From the NCBI GenBank assembly GCA_049322955.1, contig JBMOPU010000033.1, forward strand, positions 128,784 through 192,783: 64,000 nucleotides of DNA, read 5' to 3'. Shown here piece by piece: positions 39,387 through 48,615 of this stretch (position 1 is the first letter of the stretch; every line of letters begins with the position of its first letter). Below the pieces are notes generated by a model. That model worked only from the letters and a program-made list of their open reading frames with translations, had not been told where the DNA came from and ran no database searches. A program made the position numbers and the translations under genes. The DNA is from Patescibacteria group bacterium (lineage in GTDB: Bacteria > Patescibacteriota > Microgenomatia > UBA10105 > UBA927).

Positions 39387-40940
39387 ATGTTTGACGTACT
39401 TAAAACGTTATCCGGGTTAGTAAAACCCAAAAGTAGTACGAGTGGTTCCATGAAAGCGCCCGTCATTGTCCCCGTGACACAGACTCCGCCCGAACCGGTA
39501 CTCTCCGCCAAAAAAAGCAAGAAAGGCGCACAGCCGCAAGTGCCCGCGGTGGATATTGAAGCCATCAAAAAGATGGCGGAAGCACAAGCCCGGGAAATTA
39601 TCCTTGAAGCGAAAGATGAATCGCTCCGGATTCGCCGTGAAGCGGAATCCGAGATCAGACGACTTGAAGGGAGCGTCCGTGACCGGGAAATTGCCGCCGA
39701 TCGTAAGGATGCAAGTCTCATTGATCGTGAGAAACGTATTCTCGAGGCGGAAGCATCCATGCTAAAGATAAAAGCGGATATTGAAAAGACCCGCCAGGAA
39801 ACGATCACAAAACTTGAAAAAACAGCACACCTCACCCGTGATGAAGCAAAGGAACTTATCCTGAGCGAACTTCGCGGAGAGCTTGATCAGGATATCGCCA
39901 GAGAGATCAAAGAAGCGGAGGCAAAAGCAAAAGAAGAAGCGGAGGTCAAAGCCCGCGAAATATTGGTTGACGCCATGAAACACGGAGCAACCGATTATGT
40001 TCCCGAATATACGGTATCAGTTATTAAAGTAGCCGATGAGGAAGTAAAAGGAAGAATTATCGGCAAAGAGGGACGAAATATCCGTGCGTTTGAAACCGCA
40101 ACGGGGGTTGATGTGGACCTTGATGAAGAAGGAGTGATACGACTTTCGAGTTTTGATCCCGTGCGTAGGGAAATCGCCCGAGTTACTCTTGAGCGTCTGC
40201 TTCGTGACGGAAGGGTACAGCCAGGCCGTATCGAGGAGCTCATCGAACAGGTAAAGAAAGAAACAGAACGGATTATGTTCGAGGAAGGACAGAAGCTTTG
40301 TCATTCAGTGGGTGTCTATAACCTTCCGCCGCCACTTATTGCCATGCTCGGTCGGTTCAAGTACCGCTATTCCTTCGGGCAAAATATGATTGCCCATACC
40401 ATGGAAGAAACCAAAATCGGTATAGCGATTGCCCAGGAAATCGGCGCCGATGTCAATGTGGTTCGTCTCGGTTGTCTCTTGCACGACATAGGCAAGATTG
40501 TTGCCGATAAAGAGGGAAACCATATCGAGTTGGGTGTCGAACTGTGTAAAAAATACGGATTACCGCAGAAAGTGATAGATTGTGTGGCGCAACATCACGA
40601 GGATACGCCATTTACCAGCGTTGAATCCATGCTTGTCTACATTGCCGATGCGATTTCAGGAAGCAGACCGGGCGCACGGTACGAAAATTATGACGAGTAT
40701 GTCAAACGCCTGAAGGATCTTGAGGAAATTGCCAAATCCCATAAAGGGGTAACCGCAAGCTTTGCATTCCAGGCAGGTCGCGAAATACGGGTCATTGTCG
40801 ATCCCGGAACGGTCAGTGATGCCACCACCGTGGTTATGGCAAAAGAGATCCGTGACGAGATAGCGAAAAAAGTTATCGTACCCGGAAGCGTGAAGGTTAC
40901 GGTAATCCGTGAGCTTCGTGCGGTGGAAACGGTGAAATAA
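39387..40940 (+). CDS. rny: Ribonuclease Y
   Basis: Coiled coil, KH KGRIIGKEGRNIR, HD LLHDIGK, ADAISGSRPGAR, QAGREIRV. Confidence 0.97.
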   Translation: MFDVLKTLSGLVKPKSSTSGSMKAPVIVPVTQTPPEPVLSAKKSKKGAQPQVPAVDIEAIKKMAEAQAREIILEAKDESLRIRREAESEIRRLEGSVRDREIAADRKDASLIDREKRILEAEASMLKIKADIEKTRQETITKLEKTAHLTRDEAKELILSELRGELDQDIAREIKEAEAKAKEEAEVKAREILVDAMKHGATDYVPEYTVSVIKVADEEVKGRIIGKEGRNIRAFETATGVDVDLDEEGVIRLSSFDPVRREIARVTLERLLRDGRVQPGRIEELIEQVKKETERIMFEEGQKLCHSVGVYNLPPPLIAMLGRFKYRYSFGQNMIAHTMEETKIGIAIAQEIGADVNVVRLGCLLHDIGKIVADKEGNHIELGVELCKKYGLPQKVIDCVAQHHEDTPFTSVESMLVYIADAISGSRPGARYENYDEYVKRLKDLEEIAKSHKGVTASFAFQAGREIRVIVDPGTVSDATTVVMAKEIRDEIAKKVIVPGSVKVTVIRELRAVETVK

Positions 40941-40946
40941 ACATAT

Positions 40947-41025
40947 TCGAGACAAAACCTACGGTTTTTTCTCGACGCGGAGCGGGCATAGCCCGCGTAA
41001 CGCTGCCGCTGCTCTTTTTCCCTCA
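40947..41025 (+). repeat. Multi-hairpin intergenic repeat element, copy B
   Basis: TCGAGA-C-AAAAC-CTACG-GTTTT-T-TCTCGA, GCGGGC-ATA-GCCCGC, CTGCTCTTTTTCCCTCA. Confidence 0.65.
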
Positions 41026-41134
41026 ATACGCAAGCAAGAAAAATATTTATTTTCTTTATTGGATTGTCGGGACAATCCAAAATGTTTATGTGTTGCGATT
41101 TAGATTGTTATACTGCGATGTACTAAATGATAGG

Positions 41135-41163
41135 TTGACAGGACGCGCTGTATCTTTTACATT
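41135..41163 (+). promoter_or_regulatory. Promoter for HU gene
   Basis: TTGACA-17 nt-TACATT; flanked by two GATTGT-N4-ACAATC dyads. Confidence 0.7.
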
Positions 41164-41244
41164 GCCTCGTAGAGATTGTTGCAACAATCCCTTAATAAAA
41201 ATTTCTTGTCCTAACCCTCTGCCCAAAAGGAGGTGAATTTCTCC

Positions 41245-41517
41245 ATGACCAAAGCAGATCTCGTTGATGTCGTTGCAAAAAAAGCAAATCTGACCGCAAA
41301 AGCCGCACGCGAAGCAGTCGGCGCCGTATTCGGAGCCGTTACTGATGCATTGAAAAAAGGCGACAAGGTTGTCGTCACCGGTTTCGGTACCTTTATGGTA
41401 CGATCCCGCAAAGCACGCACTGGCCGCAACCCGCAGACCGGGGTGGCGATCAATATTGCCGCACGAAAAACTCCTGGTTTCACCGCCGGGAAGGCACTCA
41501 AAAAAGTCGTTCGTTAA
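41245..41517 (+). CDS. hup: DNA-binding protein HU
   Basis: MTKADLV, GFGTF, RTGRNPQTG, FTAGKALK; SD AGGAGGTG. Confidence 0.96.
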   Translation: MTKADLVDVVAKKANLTAKAAREAVGAVFGAVTDALKKGDKVVVTGFGTFMVRSRKARTGRNPQTGVAINIAARKTPGFTAGKALKKVVR

Positions 41518-41535
41518 CAGTTTTACTTTTTTTGA

Positions 41536-41575
41536 AAGAGGCTCGCTTTGTTTTTACAGGCGAGTCTCTTTTTTT
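41536..41575 (+). terminator. Intrinsic terminator after HU
   Basis: AAAGAGGCTCGC..GCGAGTCTCTTT followed by T-run. Confidence 0.75.
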
Positions 41576-41623
41576 GCGCAAGAGACTTGCAGAGTACAAC
41601 GTAAGTTACTATACTTATTTCAT

Positions 41624-42472
41624 ATGCCACCAAAAGGTAAACGCAAACGAGCATCACTGAAGCTTGATACGGAAAGCGGACAGATACAGGAGAGTGATTT
41701 TTCCGCGTCCGATTCTTCAGAACAAAAAGAGCCAGCGGTTCGACAGGTTGTTGAAGTTGTTGAAGAAAATTCCATCCCCGAAGCCATAGAGACCATCAAA
41801 AAAGATGCCGAAGAAATCGCCGAGGCGGTATCGGATATAGAAGAAGAAGTCTCCGAAGAAGTAAAAGAAAAAGAAACCGAGGAAGCCGCGGCGGAAATGT
41901 CTCAAACTTCCATGGCACATGAAGAAACCGCAAGTACCCACAAAGGGGGAGTGGAATCGTTATTTGTGAAATCCGAACCGGGAATCAGCCCGGAAATCAC
42001 CGTTGTCGGGAAACGCGGCACTCCTCTCGGCGTGTGGGTTGGTGCAATGCTTGGTGTTGCGCTTGCCATTGGTGTATCGTTGGTGCTTTTGGTAAAAGGT
42101 CCGCCGACGTTTTCATTTATGAAGCCGACGCCCACGCCGACGCCCATGCCTACCGTCGCTCCGACACCGAGTCCCGTATCCGTCAATAAGTCTGATATCA
42201 AAATCGCCGTATTAAACGGCGGAGGTACTCCGGGAGCGGGAAGCAAAATGAAAACATTTCTTGAAGGAAAAGGCTACACCGTGGTAAGTGTCGGCAACGC
42301 GAAGGAATATACCTATACGCAAACGGAAGTCCAGACCAAATCGGGTAAAGACGAGTATGCAACACTCATCACCGATGATCTCAAGGCAGATTATGTCGTA
42401 GGCTCCTCGTCCGCCGTCGTTGAAGAAAGCGCGGCCTATGATGTGCAGGTCGTCGTCGGGAAAGAGGAATAA
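41624..42472 (+). CDS. LytR C-terminal domain-containing membrane protein
   Basis: Acidic N-terminus, single TM, PT-rich linker, IAVLNGGGTPGAG..VGNA..VVVGKE; TTGCAG-17-TATACT just upstream. Confidence 0.8.
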   Translation: MPPKGKRKRASLKLDTESGQIQESDFSASDSSEQKEPAVRQVVEVVEENSIPEAIETIKKDAEEIAEAVSDIEEEVSEEVKEKETEEAAAEMSQTSMAHEETASTHKGGVESLFVKSEPGISPEITVVGKRGTPLGVWVGAMLGVALAIGVSLVLLVKGPPTFSFMKPTPTPTPMPTVAPTPSPVSVNKSDIKIAVLNGGGTPGAGSKMKTFLEGKGYTVVSVGNAKEYTYTQTEVQTKSGKDEYATLITDDLKADYVVGSSSAVVEESAAYDVQVVVGKEE

Positions 42473-42497
42473 CGCTCCTTCTTGCCTTGCTATCCCC

Positions 42498-43247
42498 ATG
42501 AAGTACAAAGCAATATTTCTTGATGTTGACGGTACCACCGTACGGCACGGTATCGATAACCTTCCCTCGCCTCGTGTCACTCAGGCGGTTACTGCCGCAA
42601 TGGAACGGGGTGTTGTGGTGGGACTCGCAACTTCTCGCCCTCCGCGGTCGGTAATTCGAGTCATCGAACATTTGCAATTGAACGGACATTCCGTGCTCTC
42701 CAGCGGTTCAGAGATATACGATCCAAAGAAAAAGGAAGTTGTTATACGAAAAGCATTTCCCATCACCGCGATCCCACATATTCTCAATGCGGCAAACAGG
42801 CATCATGCATCAGTTCGCATATATGACGGGAAAGAAGAGTTTGTTTATACGGGAGGAGCGGTGCCGGAACAGGTATTGGGAATGTACTTTCCTGAGGTAA
42901 CGCCTGCGACACTGCAGGATCTGTCAAAGGAACTATCAACGGTGGAAGGTATTTCCCTCCACCGCATGGAAGCATGGAATAACGGTTTTGAATGTTTAGA
43001 TATCGTTCGCTCGGATACTTCCAAATTACATGGGGTCGTTGAAGTGCTCCGATTATCGGGAATACCGGTATCTGAGGTAATTGGCATTGGGGATGGGTAC
43101 AACGATTTTCCCTTACTGCTTGCCTGCGGATTGAAAATTGCCATGGGCAACGCCGTCCCTGAACTTAAGGCGATTGCCGATTTTGTGGCGCCTTCCGTGG
43201 ATGAAGACGGGGTAGCAATGGTTATCGAAAAGTTTCTCCTCAGCTGA
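42498..43247 (+). CDS. Cof-type HAD-IIB hydrolase
   Basis: FLDVDGT, ATSR, IGDGYND, AMGNA. Confidence 0.9.
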   Translation: MKYKAIFLDVDGTTVRHGIDNLPSPRVTQAVTAAMERGVVVGLATSRPPRSVIRVIEHLQLNGHSVLSSGSEIYDPKKKEVVIRKAFPITAIPHILNAANRHHASVRIYDGKEEFVYTGGAVPEQVLGMYFPEVTPATLQDLSKELSTVEGISLHRMEAWNNGFECLDIVRSDTSKLHGVVEVLRLSGIPVSEVIGIGDGYNDFPLLLACGLKIAMGNAVPELKAIADFVAPSVDEDGVAMVIEKFLLS

Positions 43248-43294
43248 CCCCCGTACTCCTCGAAAAAGCGATTTGATGGTAAAATATACCTCGC

Positions 43295-44518
43295 ATGAAA
43301 TACTACATTAAAACCTTCGGCTGTGCCGCCAACGAAGCGGATTCAGAGCGTGTTGCGGCCTTTTATGAAGCCCGGGGGTATTCGCGTGCCCGATCAATGA
43401 AAACCGCAGATGATGTGGTGATCAACACCTGTATGATCAGGGCATCCGCCGAACATCGTGTCTACGGATTAGTGCACAACCTCACCCAGGAAAAGAAAAA
43501 AGGGAGGAAAGTGAAAATTGTTGTTACCGGGTGCATGGTCGGTATGGCGGCACGAGAAAAAACCGGACGGATGCTTTCCGTACTTGCCAAAAAAATGCCC
43601 GGGGTCGATGAATTTCTGCCCATTGAAGAAGTAGGGTTTGATTTTGCGCCACTCCGAAATGATCCGCATCATGCGCTGGTTCCCATCACCAACGGATGCA
43701 ATAATTTTTGCACCTTCTGCGTCGTTCCATTTACCAGAGGACGGGAGATCAGCAGGCCGATGCGCGATATCATATGCGAGATTGAAGAATTGGCAAAAAG
43801 GGGTGTAGCACATGTCACCCTTGTCGGGCAGAACGTCAACTCCTACGGCGCGGATTTGCTTTTGGGAGCGGATAACGTTCAGACCATGAGGGATCTTCCC
43901 GACAAAAAATACTTTCGTGATGAGACTATTGCCGAACAAACGAATAAAATCTTTACGGTGGACGGCAAAAAAGTAAAACCCACGTATGTGAAACATTTGG
44001 GTCGCTTACGGATTCCGACGCTTTTTCCAGAGTTGCTTCGAAAGATATGTGCCATAGACGGCATAGAGCTTATCGACTTTATTTCCAGCAATCCGTGGGA
44101 TTTTTCTGAAGATTTGATAGATGTAATCGCAAAAAATCCGAAAATATCACGGCGACTCCATCTCCCGGTGCAGGCGGGGGACAACGAGGTACTCCGGAAG
44201 ATGAACCGATGGTACACACGCGAAGAATACCTGTCGCTCGTAGAAAAACTCAAAATGCATATCCCCGGAGTTACCATCAGCACCGATATTATCGTGGGAT
44301 TTCCGGGAGAAACGGAAGATCAATTTAATAATACCGTTGATTTGGCGAAACATGTGGGATTTAGTAAGGCGTATGTGGCGATTTATTCCGACCGTCCGAT
44401 GACGGCGGCCCATAAAGTTCTGTCGGATGATGTACCATATAAAGAAAAGAAACGGCGATGGCGGGTGCTTGAAGAACTCATCAATATCACTAACTTACGT
44501 GCGGGCACCTATCAATGA
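43295..44518 (+). CDS. miaB: tRNA methylthiotransferase MiaB-like radical SAM enzyme
   Basis: TFGCAAN..INTC..TGC (UPF0004 domain), GCNNFCTFC, TDIIVGFPGET; adjacent to miaA. Confidence 0.88.
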   Translation: MKYYIKTFGCAANEADSERVAAFYEARGYSRARSMKTADDVVINTCMIRASAEHRVYGLVHNLTQEKKKGRKVKIVVTGCMVGMAAREKTGRMLSVLAKKMPGVDEFLPIEEVGFDFAPLRNDPHHALVPITNGCNNFCTFCVVPFTRGREISRPMRDIICEIEELAKRGVAHVTLVGQNVNSYGADLLLGADNVQTMRDLPDKKYFRDETIAEQTNKIFTVDGKKVKPTYVKHLGRLRIPTLFPELLRKICAIDGIELIDFISSNPWDFSEDLIDVIAKNPKISRRLHLPVQAGDNEVLRKMNRWYTREEYLSLVEKLKMHIPGVTISTDIIVGFPGETEDQFNNTVDLAKHVGFSKAYVAIYSDRPMTAAHKVLSDDVPYKEKKRRWRVLEELINITNLRAGTYQ

Positions 44519-45477
44519 GAGCACTTGTTGTCGCCGGAACAACGGCAACCGGAAAAACTGCATTAGCACTGAGTCTCGCCAAACGTTTTCACGGCGAACT
44601 GGTGAGTGCCGATTCGCGACAAATATATCAGGGATTGCGGGTGCTTTCCGGACAGGATGTCCCGCCGGGTGTCCGGCCTGTTTTTTGTAAAGAAGTCATT
44701 CATAAATCACATCGATACCCGCTTGTTACCTATGCAATCGAAGGGATTCCCGTGTGGTTGTATGATGCCCTTACTCCTTCGCAACCGTGCAATATCTCGC
44801 TCTATCGTGCTCTCGCTCTTGAGGCCATACGAGATATTTCCGCCCGAGGGAAACTTCCGATTATCGTCGGCGGCGCGGGATTATATATTGATGCGATTTT
44901 TTTGCCCCCCGAAACGATCGATATCCCCGTCAATGCGGCGCTTCGCCACCGGCTCACGCTGGTTCCCGTTCCTTTGCTTCAAAAACAATTACAGGACATT
45001 GATGCCGCAAAGTACGGACGCATGAATAATTCGGACAGAAATAATCCCCGTCGCTTGGTACGGGCTCTTGAGGTGGCGGTATGGCAACAGCGCCATCCCC
45101 ATGTCAAACCGAGCGGACAGGAATCGGTCGAAGGATTATGGATAGGTCTCACCAGGGATTCTGATGAACTTTCGTCACGTATCGCATCGAGAGTGGACAA
45201 ACGTTGGCATGGAGCGATTGAAGAGGTAAAGCGCATACGTGCTCTTGCATCTTTCGCGGTGCGCACGTCGCTGGGGGTAGCGGAAATTACCGCCTATCTT
45301 GACGGCGCGCTTTCAGAACGGGAAGCGAAGGAGCAATGGACGAGGAACGAACATGCATACGCGCTACGGCAACTGCGGTGGTTTAAAAAACGGCAATATA
45401 TATATTGGTACAATGCGGCAAGCGAGGATACTCAGCGACTAGTGGTGGAGAGGGTGAGCGGATGGTATACTAAATAA
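44515..45477 (+). CDS. miaA: tRNA dimethylallyltransferase
   Basis: GTTATGKT, SADSRQIY, VGGAGLY, RRLVRALE, YALRQLRWF. Confidence 0.93.
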   Translation: MRALVVAGTTATGKTALALSLAKRFHGELVSADSRQIYQGLRVLSGQDVPPGVRPVFCKEVIHKSHRYPLVTYAIEGIPVWLYDALTPSQPCNISLYRALALEAIRDISARGKLPIIVGGAGLYIDAIFLPPETIDIPVNAALRHRLTLVPVPLLQKQLQDIDAAKYGRMNNSDRNNPRRLVRALEVAVWQQRHPHVKPSGQESVEGLWIGLTRDSDELSSRIASRVDKRWHGAIEEVKRIRALASFAVRTSLGVAEITAYLDGALSEREAKEQWTRNEHAYALRQLRWFKKRQYIYWYNAASEDTQRLVVERVSGWYTK

Positions 45478-45480
45478 ACT

Positions 45481-46464
45481 ATGCCGACAAAGATCGAAAT
45501 ATCCCATCGAACCATTATTTTTACCCTGATCCTGTTGGGAAGTCTTTGGTTTATCCTGCAGATAAGGGATATACTCTTTTTACTCTTTATTTCGTTTATC
45601 CTCATGTCGGCGCTTCGACCCCTTGTGGACGGACTGGAGCGGATGCGCATTCCGCGGGTCGTTTCCATTCTGTCTCTTTACGGACTTATTTTCGGCGGCC
45701 TAGGTGCGTGGGTGGCAAGCATGATTCCCTCGCTTGTCAGCCAATCGGGAAAACTGTTTGCTCAGCTACCGGAGTTTCTTTCCCGGGCATTCCCATACAT
45801 ATCATCGGATATTCAATCACTGATGCAACAGGTGGCTCCCGTTGGAGAAAATCTGCTTCGGGTAACCGTCGGGGTGTTTTCAAATTTGATTTCGATGTTC
45901 ACCGTCATGACTTTTACGTTCTATTTTTTGCTGGAACGACGGCATCTTCGTGATATGTTGGCAACACTGCTTGGTGACGCTACGGGAGAACGGGTATTTG
46001 GCGTTCTTATCCAAATTGAAAAACGGTTAGGTGCCTGGGTGCTCGGCGAATTGTGCCTTATGGGTATCGTGGGGATATTGGTGTATGCGGGATTGTTTTT
46101 CCTGCGCGTTGAATTTGCGCTTCCGCTTGCCATATTGGCAGGAATTTTGGAAATTGTGCCTACCATCGGTCCCACCGTATCGGCAATACCCGCTGTTCTG
46201 GTCGCGTTCGGGAGTTCTCCGCTCTTAGCGATCTCGGTCGTTGCTCTCTACATCATTGTCCAACAGATTGAAAACAATTTGCTTGTGCCGCTGGTTATGC
46301 GAAAGAGCGTAGGATTATCTCCCGTCCTGACCATTCTTGCGCTTATGATCGGAGGACGGTTTGGCGGAGTTACGGGTGCGATCCTTGCAGTGCCGGTACT
46401 GTTGGCCATACAGGAAATCGTTAATTCATTCCCCGTAGGAAACCAAAAGCCAAAGAAAGAATAA
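45481..46464 (+). CDS. AI-2E family (PerM-like) transporter
   Basis: Multi-TM; LEIVPTIGP, QQIENNLLVP, GAILAVP. Confidence 0.9.
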   Translation: MPTKIEISHRTIIFTLILLGSLWFILQIRDILFLLFISFILMSALRPLVDGLERMRIPRVVSILSLYGLIFGGLGAWVASMIPSLVSQSGKLFAQLPEFLSRAFPYISSDIQSLMQQVAPVGENLLRVTVGVFSNLISMFTVMTFTFYFLLERRHLRDMLATLLGDATGERVFGVLIQIEKRLGAWVLGELCLMGIVGILVYAGLFFLRVEFALPLAILAGILEIVPTIGPTVSAIPAVLVAFGSSPLLAISVVALYIIVQQIENNLLVPLVMRKSVGLSPVLTILALMIGGRFGGVTGAILAVPVLLAIQEIVNSFPVGNQKPKKE

Positions 46465-46489
46465 CTCGGCATCTTCCCGGATTTTTTAC

Positions 46490-46667
46490 GCACCTTGGGA
46501 TCCTCGGGCTACACGCGCACTCCGCGCAGTTCACAAAAAACCCATATTTCTATGGGTTTTCTTGGTGCACCTTGGAATCCTTGGGGCTACTCCCGTGTTC
46601 TCCCTCGGTATAAACAAAAACTCATGTTTAATCATGAGTTTTTGTTTGCACCTCAGGATCCTCGTAA
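46490..46667 (-). repeat. Three tandem ~80-bp units reiterating the rnpB 3' end, two followed by terminator hairpins
   Basis: GCACCT(T/C)(G/A)G(G/A)ATCCT at 46490, 46567, 46648; hairpins AAAACCCATA/TATGGGTTTT and AAACAAAAACTCATG/CATGAGTTTTTGTTT. Confidence 0.75.
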
Positions 46668-47007
46668 GCCAGATTCTGTTTTGAGACACTCATTTCTCTG
46701 TGCCCGTACTCTTTGGTCCTCCCGAATGCGTGGTAGTAACGGACCGGTCGCCGGTTGCAGCGGGTGGGATTGCCAACGTTTCACCCATCTTCCGAGCCGA
46801 GTTTCGGCTGGCGGCTGATGATCGTCTCTGTGGCTCTCTCAACCTGTCGATTCAGATATCGTTCCTTATCTCTTTCGAAATAAAGACACCCGATCTTTCG
46901 ACGCTCCGCTTACACGGAGTCCCCTGCATTCTGCTGTCTGGACTTTCCTCCCGCCCTCACTGCCCAAAGGGCTGAGAGGCGAGCGAGTGTCCGGGTTCCC
47001 AAGGTAC
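46648..47007 (-). ncRNA. rnpB: RNase P RNA (~360 nt)
   Basis: Minus strand has GAGGAAAGTCC near the 5' end and ACAGAATCTGGCTTA near the 3' end (P4 signatures); P1 pairing GTACCTTGGGA/TCCTGAGGTGC. Confidence 0.9.
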
Positions 47008-47080
47008 AGCTTATAGTATATATCATATGTGTAAGATATTCCACTGAAACGGCCGGGGATTCGGGGTATGGTGAGAAGTA

Positions 47081-48610
47081 ATGCTTGCCAAAATCCTGTC
47101 CGGAGCAGTGGTCGGATTAACGCCGGTTCCCATTACCGTTGAGGTTGATATTTCATCAAATAGTCTCCCTTCATTTACGATTGTCGGCCTTCCCGACAAA
47201 GCGGTTGAGGAAAGCAAAGAGCGGGTGCGCGCGGCTATACGAAACAGCGGCGCTTCATTTCCCGATCATCGGGTGACGGTTAATCTTGCGCCCGCTGATC
47301 TCCCCAAAGCCGGTCCCGCCTATGATCTCCCGATTGCCGTGGGTATTCTTATCGCCTCGGGGCAGTTACCGCCGCTTACGAAAGAAGCACTTTTCTTAGG
47401 CGAATTGTCACTGGACGGCACCCTCCGACACACGAATGCGGTGCTCCCCATCACGATGATGCTCAAGGGGAACAAAACAACAAATACCTGTTATGTGCCG
47501 CTTATTGATGCCAAAGAAGCCGCCGTGACCGGCGGCATCGTCGTGTATCCCGTGCCATCCCTTATCGGGTTGTTTCACCATCTTACCGGTACAACGAAAA
47601 TTATTCCCCAAACGCATACGGATATTTCATTGTCCGCCTCGCCGTCCGCGTTTGCGTTCGATTTTTCCGACGTGGCAGGACAGGAACAGGTAAAGCGGGC
47701 GCTCGAAATCGCGGCGGCGGGAGCGCATAACGTATTCATGCAGGGACCGCCCGGAGCGGGAAAAACAATGCTTGCCAGGTGTTTGCCTTCGATCCTTCCC
47801 CCCATGACGGAGGAAGAGGCACTTGAGGTAACGAAGATATACTCCATTACCGGCAACTTGCCTCCGGGAGAATCACTTGTTACCTTTCGTCCGTTTCGTT
47901 CACCGCACCACACGACCTCGCGAGCGGGATTAATCGGCGGAGGTGCAAAACTTATCCCGGGTGAAATATCTCTTGCGCATCGGGGCGTACTTTTTATTGA
48001 CGAGTTGCCGGAGTGTCCCCGACATGTCCTTGAGGCATTACGTCAGCCAATTGAAGACGGTGTCGTCACCATTTCCCGTGCGGCGGGATCCGTACAGTAT
48101 CCGGCAAAATTTATGTTTGTCGCGGCGGCAAATCCGTGTCCTTGCGGCAACTTTCGTTCGGTGACACGCGAGTGTACCTGTTTGCCTGCGGCAGTGCTTC
48201 GGTACCAAAAGCGTATCTCAGGGCCACTTATGGATAGAATTGATATGCACGTTCATGTGCCGACCGTCGCCACTGAAAAACTTATCGGCGGGGGGAATGC
48301 CGAATCTTCGTATATCGTCCGCAGACGTGTGCAACGGGCAAGGGCACGACAGTGGGAACGATTGCGAAAGCTTGGGGTATCCGCCAACGCCGAAATGACG
48401 ACAAAACAAGTAAAGGAATATTGTCCGTTAACCCCTGATGTCCGTGAATTTATGCGCCACGCGGTATCCCGTTTCTCTCTTTCCGCGCGAAGCTATTACC
48501 GGGTCATTAAGGTTGCTCAAACCATTACCGATCTTTGCGGCGGCAATACTATCACACTCCCACATGTTGCCGAAGCACTGCAATACCGGGCAAAAGACGC
48601 ATCGGTATAG
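47081..48610 (+). CDS. comM: YifB/ComM Mg-chelatase-like AAA+ ATPase
   Basis: VGLPDKAVEESKERV, VNLAPADL, GPPGAGKT, FRSPHH, SLAHRG, ANPCPCG. Confidence 0.93.
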   Translation: MLAKILSGAVVGLTPVPITVEVDISSNSLPSFTIVGLPDKAVEESKERVRAAIRNSGASFPDHRVTVNLAPADLPKAGPAYDLPIAVGILIASGQLPPLTKEALFLGELSLDGTLRHTNAVLPITMMLKGNKTTNTCYVPLIDAKEAAVTGGIVVYPVPSLIGLFHHLTGTTKIIPQTHTDISLSASPSAFAFDFSDVAGQEQVKRALEIAAAGAHNVFMQGPPGAGKTMLARCLPSILPPMTEEEALEVTKIYSITGNLPPGESLVTFRPFRSPHHTTSRAGLIGGGAKLIPGEISLAHRGVLFIDELPECPRHVLEALRQPIEDGVVTISRAAGSVQYPAKFMFVAAANPCPCGNFRSVTRECTCLPAAVLRYQKRISGPLMDRIDMHVHVPTVATEKLIGGGNAESSYIVRRRVQRARARQWERLRKLGVSANAEMTTKQVKEYCPLTPDVREFMRHAVSRFSLSARSYYRVIKVAQTITDLCGGNTITLPHVAEALQYRAKDASV

Positions 48611-48615
48611 CTTTT

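Noticed and set aside
46490-46667. Possible CRISPR array
   Set aside because: The units are degenerate copies of the rnpB 3' end, and the intervening segments are terminator hairpins rather than spacers.
46495-46975. Plus-strand ORFs of 107 and 91 aa
   Set aside because: They are antisense to RNase P RNA and its repeats, with no protein motifs.
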